A stretch of DNA of 64,000 bases from an uncultured Lachnospiraceae bacterium (GTDB lineage: Bacteria > Bacillota > Clostridia > Lachnospirales > Lachnospiraceae), in assembly GCA_910583965.1 (NCBI GenBank), contig CAJUAE010000009.1:911-64910 (forward strand). Direction: 5' to 3'. A program made the position numbers and the translations under genes. The notes under the pieces are model-generated. The model did no database searches. It saw only the letters and a list, made by a program, of their open reading frames with translations, and was not told the origin of the DNA. This document shows, piece after piece, positions 33,711 to 43,264 of the stretch (positions are counted from its first letter, which is position 1; each line of letters opens with the position of its first letter).

Positions 33711-34652
33711 ATGGATGAGATAGCAGTACTGATTCCCTGTTATAATGAGAGTAAGACAATTGAAAAGGTAGTAAAGGATTTTAAGAAGGCACTACCAGAT
33801 GCAGTGATATATGTGTATGACAACAACTCAAAAGATGGGACAGACGAGATTGCGCGGCGTGCAGGGGCGGTTGTGCGCTATGAGTATCAGCAGGGAAAAG
33901 GAAATGTAATTCGACGAATGTTTCGTGAGATTGATGCCAAATGTTATATTATGACAGATGGCGATGACACTTATCCGGCGGACGAGGCCAAGAAGTTGTG
34001 CGAGGCAGTACTTGTGCGCGGTGCAGATATGGTCGTTGGGGATAGACTTTCATCCTCTTATTTTGAGGAAAATAAAAGACCATTCCATAATTTTGGTAAC
34101 TCGTTGGTGCGCGGTGCGATCAACAGTATGTTTAAGAGTGATATTCGCGATATAATGACAGGGTACAGGGCGTTTAGTTATCAGTTTGTTAAGTCTTTTC
34201 CTGTTCTCTCAAAAGGTTTTGAAATTGAGACAGAGATGAGTATCCATGCCATTGACAAAAACATGCGCGTGGAGAATGTAATTATTCAGTATAGGGACAG
34301 GCCGGAGGGCAGTGAGTCAAAACTTAACACATACTCTGATGGAATCAAGGTTATTATGACTATTATTAAACTGTATAAGAATTATAAACCAATGGGATTT
34401 TTCTCTTGGATTGCACTGATTTTGGTGTTGTTCTCAACAGCTTTTTTGGCACCAGTAATGGTAGAATTTTTTGATACAGGATTGGTGGAGCGTTTTCCGA
34501 CGTTGATTGTGTGCTGTTTTGTATACTTGGCGGCAATGCAGTCATTTTTCGCAGGACTGATGCTCTCGACAATGAAACAGAAAAATATGCAGGATTATGA
34601 GATGAATCTTATTTTTTTGGATAAGGAATATAAAGATAAATTACAGGGATAA
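33711..34652 (+). CDS. family 2 glycosyltransferase with two C-terminal TM helices (polyprenyl-phosphate glycosyltransferase-like)
   Basis: VLIPCYNES...VYDNNSKDGT...TDGDDTYP. ATG 33711 behind GCGGAGG. Confidence 0.85.
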   Translation: MDEIAVLIPCYNESKTIEKVVKDFKKALPDAVIYVYDNNSKDGTDEIARRAGAVVRYEYQQGKGNVIRRMFREIDAKCYIMTDGDDTYPADEAKKLCEAVLVRGADMVVGDRLSSSYFEENKRPFHNFGNSLVRGAINSMFKSDIRDIMTGYRAFSYQFVKSFPVLSKGFEIETEMSIHAIDKNMRVENVIIQYRDRPEGSESKLNTYSDGIKVIMTIIKLYKNYKPMGFFSWIALILVLFSTAFLAPVMVEFFDTGLVERFPTLIVCCFVYLAAMQSFFAGLMLSTMKQKNMQDYEMNLIFLDKEYKDKLQG

Positions 34653-34657
34653 AAGGC

Positions 34658-35422
34658 ATGGGTATACCAATGAATTATGTGGCTCTGGATATTGAGACTA
34701 CAGGGTTAAATCCAAGATATGACAAGATAATAGAGATTGGAGCAGTGCGTGTCAGAGACGGAAAGGCAGAAGATACTTTTTCATCCTTTGTCAATCCAGC
34801 AAAAAGTCTTCCGACAAGGATTATAGAACTTACGGGTATTCAGGATGCAGATGTTTGCAAAGCACCTTATATTGATGAAGTTTTGGATGCATTTTTGACA
34901 TTTGCAGGTGATGATGTACTGTTAGAACACAATTTGATTTTTGACTATTCTTTTGTGAAGAAAGCAGCGGTAAATTGCAAAAAGTCCTATGAGCGAACAG
35001 GAATTGATACCTTAAAAATTGCCAAATGCTTTCTGGGGGATTTGGAGAGCCGCAGCCTTGGATTTCTGTGTGAATATTTTCAGATAGCGCTTGACGCACA
35101 CAGAGCGTTAAACGATGCGATTGCAGCACATACACTTTATCAAATTCTAGCGCAAAAGTATGGAAATGTGGAGACAAAGCCATTCCAGCCAAGACAGTTG
35201 GTATACAATGTGAGGAAAGAGAATCCTATCACCCCAAAACAGTTAGAACTCTTGCTAAAACTCATAGTACAATATCATTTACAGCGAGAAGGATATCTAT
35301 TGTCTCCTGTCGTCAATGTCACAGAGGACACAATTGATTTACAAAAATTAAGTAAGAATGAAGCGAGCAGGCTTATTGATAAGTTGCTTTCAAATTTTCG
35401 ACGATCGTATCCTTTAAGATAG
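34658..35422 (+). CDS. DnaQ/PolIII-epsilon-like DEDDh 3'-5' exonuclease
   Basis: ExoI ALDIETTGL, ExoII LLEHNLIFDYSF, ExoIII HRALNDAIA. Alternative start at ATG 34670. Confidence 0.85.
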   Translation: MGIPMNYVALDIETTGLNPRYDKIIEIGAVRVRDGKAEDTFSSFVNPAKSLPTRIIELTGIQDADVCKAPYIDEVLDAFLTFAGDDVLLEHNLIFDYSFVKKAAVNCKKSYERTGIDTLKIAKCFLGDLESRSLGFLCEYFQIALDAHRALNDAIAAHTLYQILAQKYGNVETKPFQPRQLVYNVRKENPITPKQLELLLKLIVQYHLQREGYLLSPVVNVTEDTIDLQKLSKNEASRLIDKLLSNFRRSYPLR

Positions 35423-35981
35423 AACGTATATTCTGTGCTTGCGCAATGAGTTCCTCAACTTTTTCAGATCTATCCGTTTCCTGATAAAGTTGTGCAAGTA
35501 GATAGTAACTTTTGCTGACATCTGTTCCCGTGGAGACAGCAAATTCAAGGGTTTTAACGGCGAGTGTATCTTCTAGGACATCATGGAGTAGTTCTGCAAG
35601 TTTTTGTAGTAGAGTCACTAGATTTGTGTAATGAAAATCATAATCGCTTAATATATTGATATTAGCGGTTCCGTATTCCAGTTTTAAGTCTGTGTTTGTA
35701 TAACCTGTAAAATTTACAATCTTGAGTGCGGACAAGTCATTTAGATCACGAAGGCAGCTCATAATTTCTGGAGTCATGCAATCTGGTTTCATTTGAAGAA
35801 TGTCTTCAGGAATTGTAATGTAATTTAGATTGTCAAGAGATTTTTTGCGGGTAAAATTTGCTTTTTGCTCACGTTTCCAGAAATCTTGGTCAAGATTCTG
35901 TTCGATGCGTTTTGTCCTGCGCAGTGCAATAGAAAAAACAATACAAAATATGGTAAAGCTTGAAAATAAGAATAAATTCAT
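35373..35981 (-). CDS. hypothetical single-pass membrane protein, 202 aa
   Basis: ATG 35981 behind AAAGGA, and an N-terminal TM (MNLFLFSSFTIFCIVFSIAL). The ORF-track start at 36170 was rejected. Confidence 0.6.
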   Translation of the reverse strand: MNLFLFSSFTIFCIVFSIALRRTKRIEQNLDQDFWKREQKANFTRKKSLDNLNYITIPEDILQMKPDCMTPEIMSCLRDLNDLSALKIVNFTGYTNTDLKLEYGTANINILSDYDFHYTNLVTLLQKLAELLHDVLEDTLAVKTLEFAVSTGTDVSKSYYLLAQLYQETDRSEKVEELIAQAQNIRSILKDTIVENLKATYQ

Positions 35982-36014
35982 ATATAATATCCTTTCGAAA
36001 AGAGGTGAACAGCC

Positions 36015-36125
36015 ATGATGAACAGGAATCACAAAAAAACACAACGGACAATTGCAGCGGTTATCGCAATTATTTTGGTGCTGGCAATGGTAGTTCCGCT
36101 GGCGGTTGGCATAGTCGGGTTCTAA
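36015..36125 (+). CDS. possible 36-aa small membrane peptide (DUF4044-like pattern)
   Basis: ATG behind AGAGGTGA. Sequence MMNRNHKKTQRTIAAVIAIILVLAMVVPLAVGIVGF: basic N-terminus plus one TM. Confidence 0.35.
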   Translation: MMNRNHKKTQRTIAAVIAIILVLAMVVPLAVGIVGF

Positions 36126-36190
36126 TTGATTATAACATATTGCACGATTTAGGACAATGCAAAAATCCAATTCGTGTATGGAGGATTTGT

Positions 36191-37792
36191 ATGAAAAAAA
36201 TAAGAGGACGTGTGGGACTGATTTTGTCAGTCTTTACATTGGTAGTCATACTATTAGGAACATTTGGGCCAAGTGAAGTTTTGGCGGCTTCAGACAAAGA
36301 TGTAATCTTAGATGGGATTTACATGGGAGGGATTGATCTCTCTGGCATGACAGCCGACGAGGCAAGGGCTTCTGTCAGTACATTTGTGGAGGATTTAAAA
36401 CAAAGAAATATCACGTTTGGCGCGGTGGATAACCATTATGTATCTATTATGGTAGGTGAATTGGGGCTTCGCTGGGAAAATGAGGCAGATATAGACGCGG
36501 CGGTCTCTCTTGGCAAGAAGGGAAATATTGTCAAGCGATACAAAGTAATGCAAGATTTAAAACATGGAAACAAGGTATATGATTTGCGGTTGACACTTGA
36601 CAAGGAACTGATTCGTTCGGTGTTAGAACAACAATGTACAGAGTATGACATTCTGGCAATGGATACAACATTGACAAGGGCAAATGGTCAATTTGTTGTA
36701 GAAGGCGGGCAGACAGGACAGAAGGTGAATATTGAGGAATCCCTTAATAAGACATATGATTATATTACCAATGGATGGGATTATCAGGATGCGTCAATCG
36801 ACCTTGCAATTGATGTGACAGAGCCGCGTGGTAGTGCAGAAGAACTGGCAAAGATTAAAGATGTTCTAGGCACTTTTACCACAAGCTACTCAAGTAGTAG
36901 TTCATCGAGATGTAAGAATATAGAAAATGGTTGTCGTCTGATCAATGGTACATTGTTGTATCCGGGAGATGAGTTTTCTACATATGATACAATCAAGCCA
37001 TTTACCGAGGCAAATGGATATTATCCGGCTGGTTCTTATATGAATGGAAAGGTGGTTGACAGTCTTGGCGGTGGTATCTGTCAAGTATCGACTACATTGT
37101 ATAACACGGTTTTACTTTCTGAGTTGGAAGTAACAGAGCGAAATAACCATTCAATGATTATTGCCTATGTGAAGCCATCAATGGATGCAGCAATTGCAGA
37201 ATCGGCTGGAAAAGATTTTCGCTTTGTCAATAATTGGGAGCACCCTATTTATATAGAAGGAATTACAGAGGGAAAGCAGATTACTTTTACAATCTATGGG
37301 GTGGAGCAACGAGACCCAGGACGCGTGGTGCGCTATGAGAGTGAGACACTTTCAACGACACGTCCTGATCACGAGATTATTACACCGACAGCAAGTCAAG
37401 GCATTGGATATGTCAGTGTGGAATCTGCTCATATTGGATATACAGCACAATTGTGGAAAGTTGTCGAGGAAAATGGTGTGGAAGTCAGCCGTGAGGTGAT
37501 TAACAAAAGCTCTTATAAAGTATCACCCCGCTCAGCAGTTGTGGGAGTAAATACAGATAATCCAGCGCATGCTGAGCGGATGAATGCGGCGATTGCGTCG
37601 GGCAGTATTGATACTTGCAAGGCGGAGGCAGCAGCGATAAAAGCAGAGATTGCAGCGGCAGCACAGCAACAGGCAGATTTGGAAGCTTACTATCAGGCGT
37701 TACAACAGCAACAATTGTTGGAACAGCAGGCACTACTTCAGCAGCAGCTTTTGGAGCAGCAGGCGCAGGCAGAACAACAGGCGCAGCCGTAA
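36191..37792 (+). CDS. VanW/YoaR-family protein with Gln-rich C-terminal tail
   Basis: N-terminal TM, the VanW core motif GGGICQVSTTLYN, and a C-terminal QQ..LLEQQ low-complexity tail. ATG 36191 behind GGAGGA. Confidence 0.85.
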   Translation: MKKIRGRVGLILSVFTLVVILLGTFGPSEVLAASDKDVILDGIYMGGIDLSGMTADEARASVSTFVEDLKQRNITFGAVDNHYVSIMVGELGLRWENEADIDAAVSLGKKGNIVKRYKVMQDLKHGNKVYDLRLTLDKELIRSVLEQQCTEYDILAMDTTLTRANGQFVVEGGQTGQKVNIEESLNKTYDYITNGWDYQDASIDLAIDVTEPRGSAEELAKIKDVLGTFTTSYSSSSSSRCKNIENGCRLINGTLLYPGDEFSTYDTIKPFTEANGYYPAGSYMNGKVVDSLGGGICQVSTTLYNTVLLSELEVTERNNHSMIIAYVKPSMDAAIAESAGKDFRFVNNWEHPIYIEGITEGKQITFTIYGVEQRDPGRVVRYESETLSTTRPDHEIITPTASQGIGYVSVESAHIGYTAQLWKVVEENGVEVSREVINKSSYKVSPRSAVVGVNTDNPAHAERMNAAIASGSIDTCKAEAAAIKAEIAAAAQQQADLEAYYQALQQQQLLEQQALLQQQLLEQQAQAEQQAQP

Positions 37793-37823
37793 GAACCATA
37801 TTGATGATGGAAAGGGATTTGTC

Positions 37824-38849
37824 ATGAAGTATGGAAAACTGACAGAGAGTATTTATGATCGTTCCGTCAGAAAAATAATGAAATCAAATGGCGCAGGTCT
37901 GGGGGCAGACTGCGCCGTTTTGGCAGGGAGTGCGGTCTGCGATGGTATTTTGTCGGGACAGGCACTTGCTTTTGGAACAGATAAGAGGACTGCGGCGCGA
38001 GCGTATCTGGCAGCAGTCAACTATGTGATTGCTTGTTGTGCGAATCGTGCGGCATTGGGATTGTTTGACACAGGCGCTTATATCACGATTATGATTCCTG
38101 AACGAATGCGGGAAATTAAAGTTCGCATGATGATGGAGGTGACTGCTTTACAGGCGAAGGAGACAGGGGTTCCAATTTTAAGCTGCAATGTTCAGGTACT
38201 TCCAACAGTCACGCAGATCGTGGTATCTTGTGTGATTAGTGCTGGATTAGAGAAGCATTCTGAGGGAACCATTATCTCCATGAAAAAAAAGACTCTGGTA
38301 GACGAGGATATTGTGATGACAAAGTGGCTGGGACTTGAGGGAACAGCAGTAATGGCAGCAGAAAGCCACGATAAACTATGTCAGCGTTATCCGTCTGATT
38401 TGGTGAACACGGCAGCGGATTTTTACGAGTATTTGTCTATTGCGCCGGAGGCTGCAACCGCCGTGAAGTCCGGCGCAGATTATCTGTTGGCGTTGCGGGA
38501 GGGCGGTATATTTGGCGGTCTCTGGCAATTGGCGGCGGAGAATGGCGTTGGACTGGTCGCAGACTTAAAACGCATACCTGTGAGACAGGAAACGATAGAG
38601 GTATGTGAGTATTTTGATTTAAATCCATATGAATTGCTAGCGGGAGGCAGTATGCTTATCGTGACAGCAAATGGTGAGGGGCTGGTGCACACATTGGAAA
38701 AGGCAGATGTGCCAGCGGCAGTAATTGGACGCATCACACAGGGAAATGACCGTGTGATACGCCATGGAGAGGAGTCCAGATTTTTAGAACCGGCAAATGG
38801 GGACGAGATTTTCCAATACTATGCGCAGGTAGAGACTTCTTGTAACTAA
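37824..38849 (+). CDS. AIR-synthase-related (PurM/HypE/ThiL-fold) protein
   Basis: Size and motifs (GLGADCAVL; C-terminal domain pattern). ATG 37824 behind GGAAAGGGA. Confidence 0.55.
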   Translation: MKYGKLTESIYDRSVRKIMKSNGAGLGADCAVLAGSAVCDGILSGQALAFGTDKRTAARAYLAAVNYVIACCANRAALGLFDTGAYITIMIPERMREIKVRMMMEVTALQAKETGVPILSCNVQVLPTVTQIVVSCVISAGLEKHSEGTIISMKKKTLVDEDIVMTKWLGLEGTAVMAAESHDKLCQRYPSDLVNTAADFYEYLSIAPEAATAVKSGADYLLALREGGIFGGLWQLAAENGVGLVADLKRIPVRQETIEVCEYFDLNPYELLAGGSMLIVTANGEGLVHTLEKADVPAAVIGRITQGNDRVIRHGEESRFLEPANGDEIFQYYAQVETSCN

Positions 38850-39023
38850 GAAACTTTAAAATAGCTTTTCGGAATCTTCTTTTATATACCGACTTTTGCG
38901 GCAGATTTTTCACTATATATACAGATTTAATTGATGTATGTCATATAAATTTGTAGCTCTTTTATAAAAATCTTTTGCAATATCAGGTATAAAAGACTCC
39001 GAAAGTCTATTAAAAATAAGTGG

Positions 39024-39167
39024 CATGGGGGAGTTTGTGTGAAATCAAAGATTTCACACCTTCTGATTTGAGTGCCCGTAAAAGCGGGCAGATGGGAGTT
39101 CGTGTGAAATTAAAATTTCACATATTCTGATTTGAGTGCCCGCAAAAGCGGGCAGATGGGAGTTTGT
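39024..39167 (+). repeat. tandem 64-bp double-hairpin module (2.2 units), family C
   Basis: Hairpin A GTGTGAAATCAAAGATTTCACAC (39037-39059) with a variant at 39103-39122. Hairpin B TGCCCG-YAAAA-CGGGCA (39073-39090 and 39137-39154). The period is 64 bp. Confidence 0.85.
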
Positions 39168-39650
39168 ATGAGAGAACAAATTTTAGCAATTATAGAAAAA
39201 AATAGTAGGATTGATCTGCATGAGCTTGCAGTGATATTGGGTATGGAGGAAACAGATGTTGTCAATGAAATGGAACAAATGGAAAAAGAGGGGATTATCT
39301 GCGGATATCATACTCTGATTGACTGGGAAAAGACATCGGTGGAGAAAGTAAATGCTTTGATAGAAGTGCGTGTGACTCCGCAGCGCGGGAAAGGTTTTGA
39401 TAGTATTGCAGAGCGCATCTATAAATACCCAGAGGTGCATGCGGTATACTTGATTTCAGGTGGGTATGATTTGCTTGTAAGCCTAGAAGGAAAGACGCTC
39501 AAAGAAGTTTCAAATTTTGTGTCAGATAAGCTTTCGACTTTGGAGACTGTCATCAGCACAGCAACACATTTTATTCTGAAAAAGTACAAAGACCATGGTA
39601 CGGTTTTGGATAGAAAACAGTCTGACGAAAGGATGCAGGTGACACCATGA
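39168..39650 (+). CDS. Lrp/AsnC family transcriptional regulator
   Basis: HTH_AsnC N-terminus (ILAIIEKNSRIDLHELAVILGMEETDV) plus an RAM/AsnC_trans_reg domain. ATG 39168 behind GGGAG. Confidence 0.88.
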   Translation: MREQILAIIEKNSRIDLHELAVILGMEETDVVNEMEQMEKEGIICGYHTLIDWEKTSVEKVNALIEVRVTPQRGKGFDSIAERIYKYPEVHAVYLISGGYDLLVSLEGKTLKEVSNFVSDKLSTLETVISTATHFILKKYKDHGTVLDRKQSDERMQVTP

Positions 39651-40813
39651 GAAATCCACTATCAAAGACGATTGTAGAGATAAAACCTTCGGGAATCCGT
39701 AAATATTTTGATATTGTAAGTGAGATGAATGACCCAGATGTTATCTCGCTTGGTGTTGGTGAACCAGACTTTGAGACGCCATGGCATATTCGAGACGAAG
39801 GTATTTATTCTTTAGAGAAAGGACGTACTTTTTACACGGCAAACGCAGGTCTTTTAGAGTTGCGCGAGGAAATCAACCGCTATTTAAATCGTCGCTTTTC
39901 TTTAAATTATGACCCAAAGAATGGAATTTTGGTGACAGTTGGCGGTTCAGAAGCGATTGACATTGCTCTGCGCGCGATGGTGGACCCAGGTGATGAAGTG
40001 ATTATTCCACAGCCAAGCTATGTCTCTTATGAACCATGTGCGATCTTAGCAGGAGCAAAACCTGTGATTATTGAACTGAAAAATGAAAATCAGTTTCGCT
40101 TGACAGCAGCAGAGCTTGAGGCTGCTATCACAGACAAAACGAAAGTGTTGATTTTGCCATTTCCAAATAATCCAACAGGTGCGATTATGGAGCGAAAGGA
40201 TTTAGAGGAGATTGCAAAGGTGATTGAAAAACATGATCTTTTTGTGCTTTCCGATGAAATTTATGCAGAACTTTGTTATACAGAGAATCATGTTTCTATC
40301 GCCAATATTCCTGGTATGTGGGAGCGCACAGTTCTCATCAATGGATTTTCTAAGTCCTATGCAATGACAGGATGGAGGCTTGGTTATGCATGTGGTCCGA
40401 GACAGATAATTGAACAAATGTACAAGATTCATCAATTCTGTATTATGTGTGCGCCAACTACTTCACAGTACGCGGCGATTGACGCGCTGAAAAATGGTGA
40501 CGCAGATGTGCAGATGATGCGTGATTCTTACAATCAGCGGCGGCGTTATCTGGTGAACGCTTTTCAAGAGATGGGATTGGAATGCTTTGAGCCATTTGGT
40601 GCTTTCTATATATTCCCATGTGTGAAACAATTTGGCATGACAAGCGATGAATTTGCTTCAAGGCTTTTGCATGAGGAGAAACTTGCTGTTGTACCTGGAA
40701 ATGCATTTGGTGATAGCGGTGAGGGATTTTTGCGGATATCTTATGCATATTCTCTTGAAAATCTCAAAATTGCAATTGGACGTCTAAGACATTTTGTGGA
40801 AAGATTGCAATAA
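39647..40813 (+). CDS. class I/II PLP-dependent aminotransferase
   Basis: NPTG and SKSYAMTGWRLGY (PLP lysine) motifs. The start overlaps the lrp stop (ATGA). Confidence 0.9.
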   Translation: MRNPLSKTIVEIKPSGIRKYFDIVSEMNDPDVISLGVGEPDFETPWHIRDEGIYSLEKGRTFYTANAGLLELREEINRYLNRRFSLNYDPKNGILVTVGGSEAIDIALRAMVDPGDEVIIPQPSYVSYEPCAILAGAKPVIIELKNENQFRLTAAELEAAITDKTKVLILPFPNNPTGAIMERKDLEEIAKVIEKHDLFVLSDEIYAELCYTENHVSIANIPGMWERTVLINGFSKSYAMTGWRLGYACGPRQIIEQMYKIHQFCIMCAPTTSQYAAIDALKNGDADVQMMRDSYNQRRRYLVNAFQEMGLECFEPFGAFYIFPCVKQFGMTSDEFASRLLHEEKLAVVPGNAFGDSGEGFLRISYAYSLENLKIAIGRLRHFVERLQ

Positions 40814-40849
40814 AATCAACATAATTGTGCATAATTAGCAGGTGAAAAA

Positions 40850-41362
40850 ATGAACATAGTGCTATATCAGCCGGAGATACCGGCGAATACTGGAAATATT
40901 GGTCGCACTTGTGTTGCTACTGGATCTGTACTGCATTTGATTGAACCGCTAGGTTTTCGTCTGACAGGAAAGGAATTGCGCAGAGCGGGTATGGATTACT
41001 GGGAACATCTTGATGTGCGACGATATATGAATTTCACAGAGTTTGTAGAGAAAAACCTTACAAATCACCCAGATACAAAACTTTGGATGGCAACTACGAA
41101 AGCAAAAAAAGTTTACACACAAGCTCAGTTTGGCGAGAGCGATTATATTATGTTTGGAAAGGAGAGCGCGGGGATACCAGAGGAGATTTTAGTGGAGTAT
41201 GAACAAACATGTATTCGCATTCCAATGTTGGATACTATCCGAAGTCTCAATCTGTCGAACAGTGTCAGTATTGTACTTTATGAGGCACTGCGACAGCAAA
41301 ATTTTGTCGGAATGCAGAAAGAAGGAGCGCTTCATCACATGGACTGGCTGGGTACACAATAA
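40850..41362 (+). CDS. trmL: tRNA (cytidine/uridine34-2'-O)-methyltransferase, SpoU/TrmL type
   Basis: MNIVLYQPEIPANTGNIGRTC...FGKESAGIP...LNLSNSVSI. Confidence 0.88.
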   Translation: MNIVLYQPEIPANTGNIGRTCVATGSVLHLIEPLGFRLTGKELRRAGMDYWEHLDVRRYMNFTEFVEKNLTNHPDTKLWMATTKAKKVYTQAQFGESDYIMFGKESAGIPEEILVEYEQTCIRIPMLDTIRSLNLSNSVSIVLYEALRQQNFVGMQKEGALHHMDWLGTQ

Positions 41363-41365
41363 GAT

Positions 41366-41394
41366 TTGACAAAAACAGTGTGCCGTCATATAAT
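41366..41394 (+). promoter_or_regulatory. consensus SigA promoter TTGACA-17-TATAAT
   Basis: TTGACA 41366-41371 and TATAAT 41389-41394. Confidence 0.65.
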
Positions 41395-41522
41395 AAGAGC
41401 AGATACAATAACAGGGAAGTTATGGAGGATGGAGCTCATGGGGGAGTATAAGATTCAAATAAGCGGCTGTTTGGCGCTTGTCACATTGCGGGGGCCAAAT
41501 AGTTATCGAGGAGGTAACTGAT

Positions 41523-43130
41523 ATGCGTATAGTAGAGAAGGTACTGTACGGATTTGGTGGCTTATTGGCGCTTATGCTTCTTTTTATTGCGATATGCCAC
41601 TACAATCCAGAACTGGCGCTTAAGATTGGCGCCGATTTGAAAGCGAACGCGGGGGAAGCGAACCCAGAATATTCTTTGGATTTCCAGACGGTCAATACAA
41701 CGGTGACACATGGAGTGCTTCCTGCAGCAGAAAAGACATTGACAAACAATACTGTATCAGCAGGTACAATGCGGGCAGCAGACGACGAGGATGCGGATGC
41801 TGAAAGCAAATTGAAGATTCCTGGAAAGGTTGCAGGGTTGAACGGCTACATTCCTGTCAAGGCGACAGGAAAAGAGATTACCCAGAACAAGGCAGATGAG
41901 ATTGCAAAGGAGCTTGGAAAAGGGGAAACTGGTAGCAACTTGACTTTTGATACGGAAATGTATCCGTATTATAGCATTATCAATGAGACACAAAAAGCAG
42001 TTTATCGACAAATCTATGCCAATGCAGAAGCGAAAAACAAACATTTTGCGCCAGTGGAGGACATCACGGCAAACGATTTGAAAAATGCATTTACTTCTGT
42101 AGTAAACGATCATCCAGAGTTGTTTTGGGTAGATACAGCGTACAAATATCAATATACGCCTAAGGGAAGTGTAGCAGATATCACACTTGCATTTAATGTG
42201 ACTGCGAATGATTTAGACGCATCAAAAGCTGAATTTGAGGCGGCGGCAAAGAAAATTACAGATGAGACTTATGGAAGCTATTCAGACTATGATAAAGAAA
42301 AAATTGTGCATGATACACTTATTAGCAGGGTGAAGTATGATCGAAATGCGCCAATGAATCAAAGTGCTTACAGTGCGCTAGTATACGGAAGAACAGTGTG
42401 TGCTGGCTATGCGAGGGCATTTCAATATGTATTGCATCAGCTCGATATACCATGCTATTACGTGACAGGATTTGCCGGTGAGAATCATGCATGGAATATT
42501 GTGAAACTCAGTGATGGTTACTATAATGTAGACAGTACATGGGATGATACCAATCCAAACACTTATGATTATTTTAATTGTTCGGATGCGGATTATGCAT
42601 CCGATCATGTGAGAAAAGATTTATCGATTTATCTTCCACCATGTAATGGTAATCGTTACAGCGGACTTGAAGTAAACCCTTCAGAGACCCCGCCTACAAA
42701 TACAACGAAGCCAGGAACGACAACGAAACCTTCTACAAATACAACGACAAAACCTTCCACAACACCATCTGGAAGTACTGGCAGTAATACATCAAATCCG
42801 ACCACAGCAACCAATACAGATTCGATTACTGTGATAACAGTGCGAGGTGGTGGTGACGAGCATTATATTGACAATGTTGGTGATTACTTTAACGAATGTT
42901 TTGGGGCGATGATTAACAGTGATGATGAGGTGATAACATTTGATTTGATTATCACAGATAAGAAGCTCTGGAACAGTATTTATAAGGCATATGATAAAGG
43001 TGACTGCCAGGAGGGATACATTGACCGCTATCTGGTAGAAAAGCATAAAAATGCGTGTAGCATGTATGTGGAAGCTGTGCCAAGAACGGATGGAAGTTAT
43101 CTGTTGCGGCATCGCGGTGTGATTAGTTAA
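41523..43130 (+). CDS. membrane-anchored transglutaminase-like cysteine protease-fold protein
   Basis: N-terminal TM. Cys-His-Asp core (RTVCAGYARAF...ENHAWNIVKL...NVDSTWDD). A Thr/Pro-rich linker and a C-terminal domain. ATG 41523 behind GAGGAGG. Confidence 0.85.
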   Translation: MRIVEKVLYGFGGLLALMLLFIAICHYNPELALKIGADLKANAGEANPEYSLDFQTVNTTVTHGVLPAAEKTLTNNTVSAGTMRAADDEDADAESKLKIPGKVAGLNGYIPVKATGKEITQNKADEIAKELGKGETGSNLTFDTEMYPYYSIINETQKAVYRQIYANAEAKNKHFAPVEDITANDLKNAFTSVVNDHPELFWVDTAYKYQYTPKGSVADITLAFNVTANDLDASKAEFEAAAKKITDETYGSYSDYDKEKIVHDTLISRVKYDRNAPMNQSAYSALVYGRTVCAGYARAFQYVLHQLDIPCYYVTGFAGENHAWNIVKLSDGYYNVDSTWDDTNPNTYDYFNCSDADYASDHVRKDLSIYLPPCNGNRYSGLEVNPSETPPTNTTKPGTTTKPSTNTTTKPSTTPSGSTGSNTSNPTTATNTDSITVITVRGGGDEHYIDNVGDYFNECFGAMINSDDEVITFDLIITDKKLWNSIYKAYDKGDCQEGYIDRYLVEKHKNACSMYVEAVPRTDGSYLLRHRGVIS

Positions 43131-43147
43131 ATATTTTACGATATGTA

Positions 43148-43181
43148 AAAAGATGAGTGCTCTGACACTCATCTTTTTTAT
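43148..43181. terminator. intrinsic (probably bidirectional) terminator
   Basis: AAAAAGATGAGTG-CTCTGA-CACTCATCTTTTTT lies between convergent genes. It is followed by a variant of the post-terminator box, TATGTATACGGCACTC. Confidence 0.8.
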
Positions 43182-43264
43182 GTATACGGCACTCAGGGAA
43201 AATCTTTCTCCTTCGATTGCATTACTTTATGCACAAACAGTATGTTACTGAATCCATGTATTTT

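Noticed and set aside
35960-36190. The long N-terminal extensions of the vanW ORF (start 35960) and of the minus-strand ORF (start 36170); likewise 37650..37823 for the AIR-synthase-like gene
   Set aside because: The extensions lack RBSs and overlap each other or the upstream gene. Internal ATGs with good RBSs (36191, 35981, 37824) give sensible N-termini: a TM signal anchor in two cases and MKYGKL in the third.
37590-37792. CAG/CAA-rich nucleotide repeats at the end of vanW
   Set aside because: They encode the in-frame Gln/Leu/Glu-rich low-complexity tail of the protein. They are not an independent repeat element.
39037-39059. The palindrome TGTGAAATCAAAGATTTCACA as a CRP/FNR-type site (TGTGA...TCACA)
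   Set aside because: The spacing between the TGTGA and TCACA half-sites is 11 nt rather than the canonical 6 nt, so it does not fit the CRP/FNR consensus.
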